Origin: Acidobacteriota bacterium
Lineage (GTDB): Bacteria; Acidobacteriota; UBA6911; RPQK01; JAJDTT01
Reading direction: 5' to 3'
NCBI GenBank assembly: GCA_965263035.1
Contig: OZ253580.1
Coordinates: forward strand, 1,312,001 to 1,376,000
DNA: 64,000 nt
The first letter of the stretch is position 1. Each line of letters starts with the position of its first letter. Position numbers and translations under genes: made by a program. This document shows, piece by piece, positions 59,181-64,000 of this stretch. The notes below the pieces were generated by a model. The model saw only the letters and a program-made list of their open reading frames with translations, was not told the DNA's origin and did no database searches.

Positions 59181-59460
59181 CCAAGAAGTTCCTTTCCACT
59201 GGTAAAGGCGGCGTTCCGGGTGCGGCTGGAGCCCCGCTCGCGCGGCGAGTCCAGGAGGGCGCGGCAACGGCATGCGTGGATCCTATTTTTGCTATCAATA
59301 GCAAAAACTTGGCTGAAATTGTCCATTGATAGAAAAATATTCGCTCAAGACCCCAAAACGACCGCAAGAGAGGGGAAGCTTTCGACTCCCCGAGGCTCAC
59401 TGCCGAATTTTTCAGTTTGGAATGTGAGACTTGGAATTTGGTTTTTGTCCGAAGGAGTTG

Positions 59461-59534
59461 TGGCTGGGGGACAGGGATTCGAACCCCGATAACGTGGTCC
59501 AGAGCCACGCGTGTTGCCATTACACCATCCCCCA
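59461..59534 (-). tRNA. tRNA-Gln (anticodon CTG)
   Basis: TGGGGGA acceptor pairs with TCCCCCA-G-CCA; anticodon arm CGTGG-CTCTGGA-CCACG; GTTCGAATCC T-loop. Confidence 0.95.
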
Positions 59535-59622
59535 ACCGGAGGGCCAAACCGGGCGCATTATAGCAAAACGGCTCCGTCCTGTCGGACTGCCGCACACCGG
59601 GGTGAGGAACGCGGATTCGGAG

Positions 59623-60027
59623 TCAGTCCACCAGTTGCAGCCGCGCGGAAGCCTGCTCCAACAGGGTGAGGGCGGCGCCGTAATCGGTCCCGGGATCCCG
59701 GGACCGGAGCATCCGCTGGGCCTTCTCCCGGTCCGCCCGGGCTTGGGCGCCGTCGATCTCTGCGGGAGACTCCACCTCCTCGGCCAGCACGATCACGCGG
59801 TCCGGAAGGACTTCGGCGAAGCCGGAACTGCAGAAAAGTTGGACGCGGTCTCCACCCTCGGGGTAGGAGATGATGCCCGTCTTCAACTCGGAAAGGAGCG
59901 GCGCGTGGCCGGGCAGGATGCCCAGATAACCTTCCGCTCCAGGGATGGTCACTTCCTGAACCTCGCCACTGAAGACCAGCCGGTCCGGCGCAACGATCTC
60001 CAACTGAATGGCCTCGGGTAGCGCCAC
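59623..60027 (-). CDS. atpC: F1 ATP synthase epsilon subunit
   Basis: LEIVAPDR, GYLGILPGHAPL, SGFAEV; follows atpD. Confidence 0.95.
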   Translation of the reverse strand: MALPEAIQLEIVAPDRLVFSGEVQEVTIPGAEGYLGILPGHAPLLSELKTGIISYPEGGDRVQLFCSSGFAEVLPDRVIVLAEEVESPAEIDGAQARADREKAQRMLRSRDPGTDYGAALTLLEQASARLQLVD

Positions 60028-60029
60028 GA

Positions 60030-61478
<1,449 letters not shown>

Positions 61479-62342
61479 TCACCCTTCCAGGGCGTCCGCT
61501 CCGCTGACGATCTCGATGATCTCCGTGGTGATGGAGGCTTGCCGGATGCGGTTCATGGTCAGGGTCAACTTGTCGATCATCTCCTTGGCGTTCCTGGTGG
61601 CGGCGTCCATGGCCGTCATTCGAGCTCCGTGCTCGGCCGCCTCCGACTCCAGCATGGCCCGGAAGATCTGAGTCTCCACGTGCCGCGGCAACAGAAAGTC
61701 CAGCATCTCCCGGGGCGGCTGCTCATAGATGTAGTCGCCCCCCATTTCCGGCTGGAATTCGAGGCGCCGGATGGGCAGCAGAGGCTCCAGGATCACGTTC
61801 TGCCGCACCACGGACTTGAACTCGTTGTACACCAGGTAGACGGCGTCCAGCTCGCTGGCCGAGAAATAGTCGATGATCCCCTTGCCGATCTCTCGGGCGT
61901 ATCGGTGATCCACCCGGGTCATGATATTCAAGAACTCGTGGCGCACCGGCCAAGGGCGGGTCTTGAACCAGTCCACACCTCGCCGTCCCACGAGCGTCAG
62001 GCTCAACGTGCGGTTGGCCGCCTCGTTCTCGATGAAGTTCATGGCCGACCGGATGATGTTGGAGTTGAAGGAGCCGCAGAGCCCACGGTCCGCGGTGATG
62101 ACCACCAACATCACCCGTTCACCCTCCCGCTGGGCCAGAAGCGCGTGCTGAGAGGGATCGATCCGCCGGGCCATGGAGTTGAGTACGGACAGCATCCGGT
62201 TGGCGTAGGGTCTGGCCGCGACGATCCGATCCTGGGCCCGCTTCAGCTTGGAGGCGGCCACCAGCTTCATGGCCCTGGTGATCTGTTGGATGTTCTTGAC
62301 CGAACGAACTCGCCGCCGGAAGTGAATCAGGTTGCCGGGCAT
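61479..62342 (-). CDS. atpG: F1 ATP synthase gamma subunit
   Basis: ITRAMKLVAASK, DRGLCG, RQASITTEIIEIVSGA. Confidence 0.97.
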   Translation of the reverse strand: MPGNLIHFRRRVRSVKNIQQITRAMKLVAASKLKRAQDRIVAARPYANRMLSVLNSMARRIDPSQHALLAQREGERVMLVVITADRGLCGSFNSNIIRSAMNFIENEAANRTLSLTLVGRRGVDWFKTRPWPVRHEFLNIMTRVDHRYAREIGKGIIDYFSASELDAVYLVYNEFKSVVRQNVILEPLLPIRRLEFQPEMGGDYIYEQPPREMLDFLLPRHVETQIFRAMLESEAAEHGARMTAMDAATRNAKEMIDKLTLTMNRIRQASITTEIIEIVSGADALEG

Positions 62343-62398
62343 ATTGTTTCAGGCGTCCACCCGAGGCGTTGGGCTCGGGGCCGGATCGTATCCGGAAG

Positions 62399-64000
<1,602 letters not shown>

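Overview
GC-rich bacterial window, probably Acidobacteriota (inferred from the GWxTD protein, the TonB-receptor architecture and the FG-GAP proteins). About 59 kb of accessory DNA lies directly downstream of a tRNA-Gln(CTG), followed by the core F1 ATP synthase genes (atpA, atpG, atpD, atpC). The accessory region is a catabolic arsenal of mostly exported proteins. It holds about 11 paralogues plus 3 relics of one uncharacterised beta-propeller glycosidase-like family, 6 sulfatases, 3 sialidase/BNR proteins, GH109-like and GH127-like enzymes, a TonB-dependent receptor, an MFS transporter, a PHP-type hydrolase and a Rieske oxygenase. Several genes are broken by deletions, frameshifts or a nonsense codon. 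The most striking unexplained structure is a ~21-bp motif, GAAGAAA(T/C)AGACTGTCCC(C)TTTT. It occurs at six intergenic loci, all in the same orientation, and is usually followed by stuttered micro-duplications. It brackets discrete modules (four sulfatases; a ~0.84-kb HigBA unit later hit by an IS4; a single sulfatase) and abuts a truncated IstB fragment and a truncated MITE, which suggests a cassette capture or shuffling system acting in trans. Three MITE-like families are also present, and most copies sit at the 3' ends of the propeller-family genes. All functional calls come from motif recognition by eye; no searches were run.
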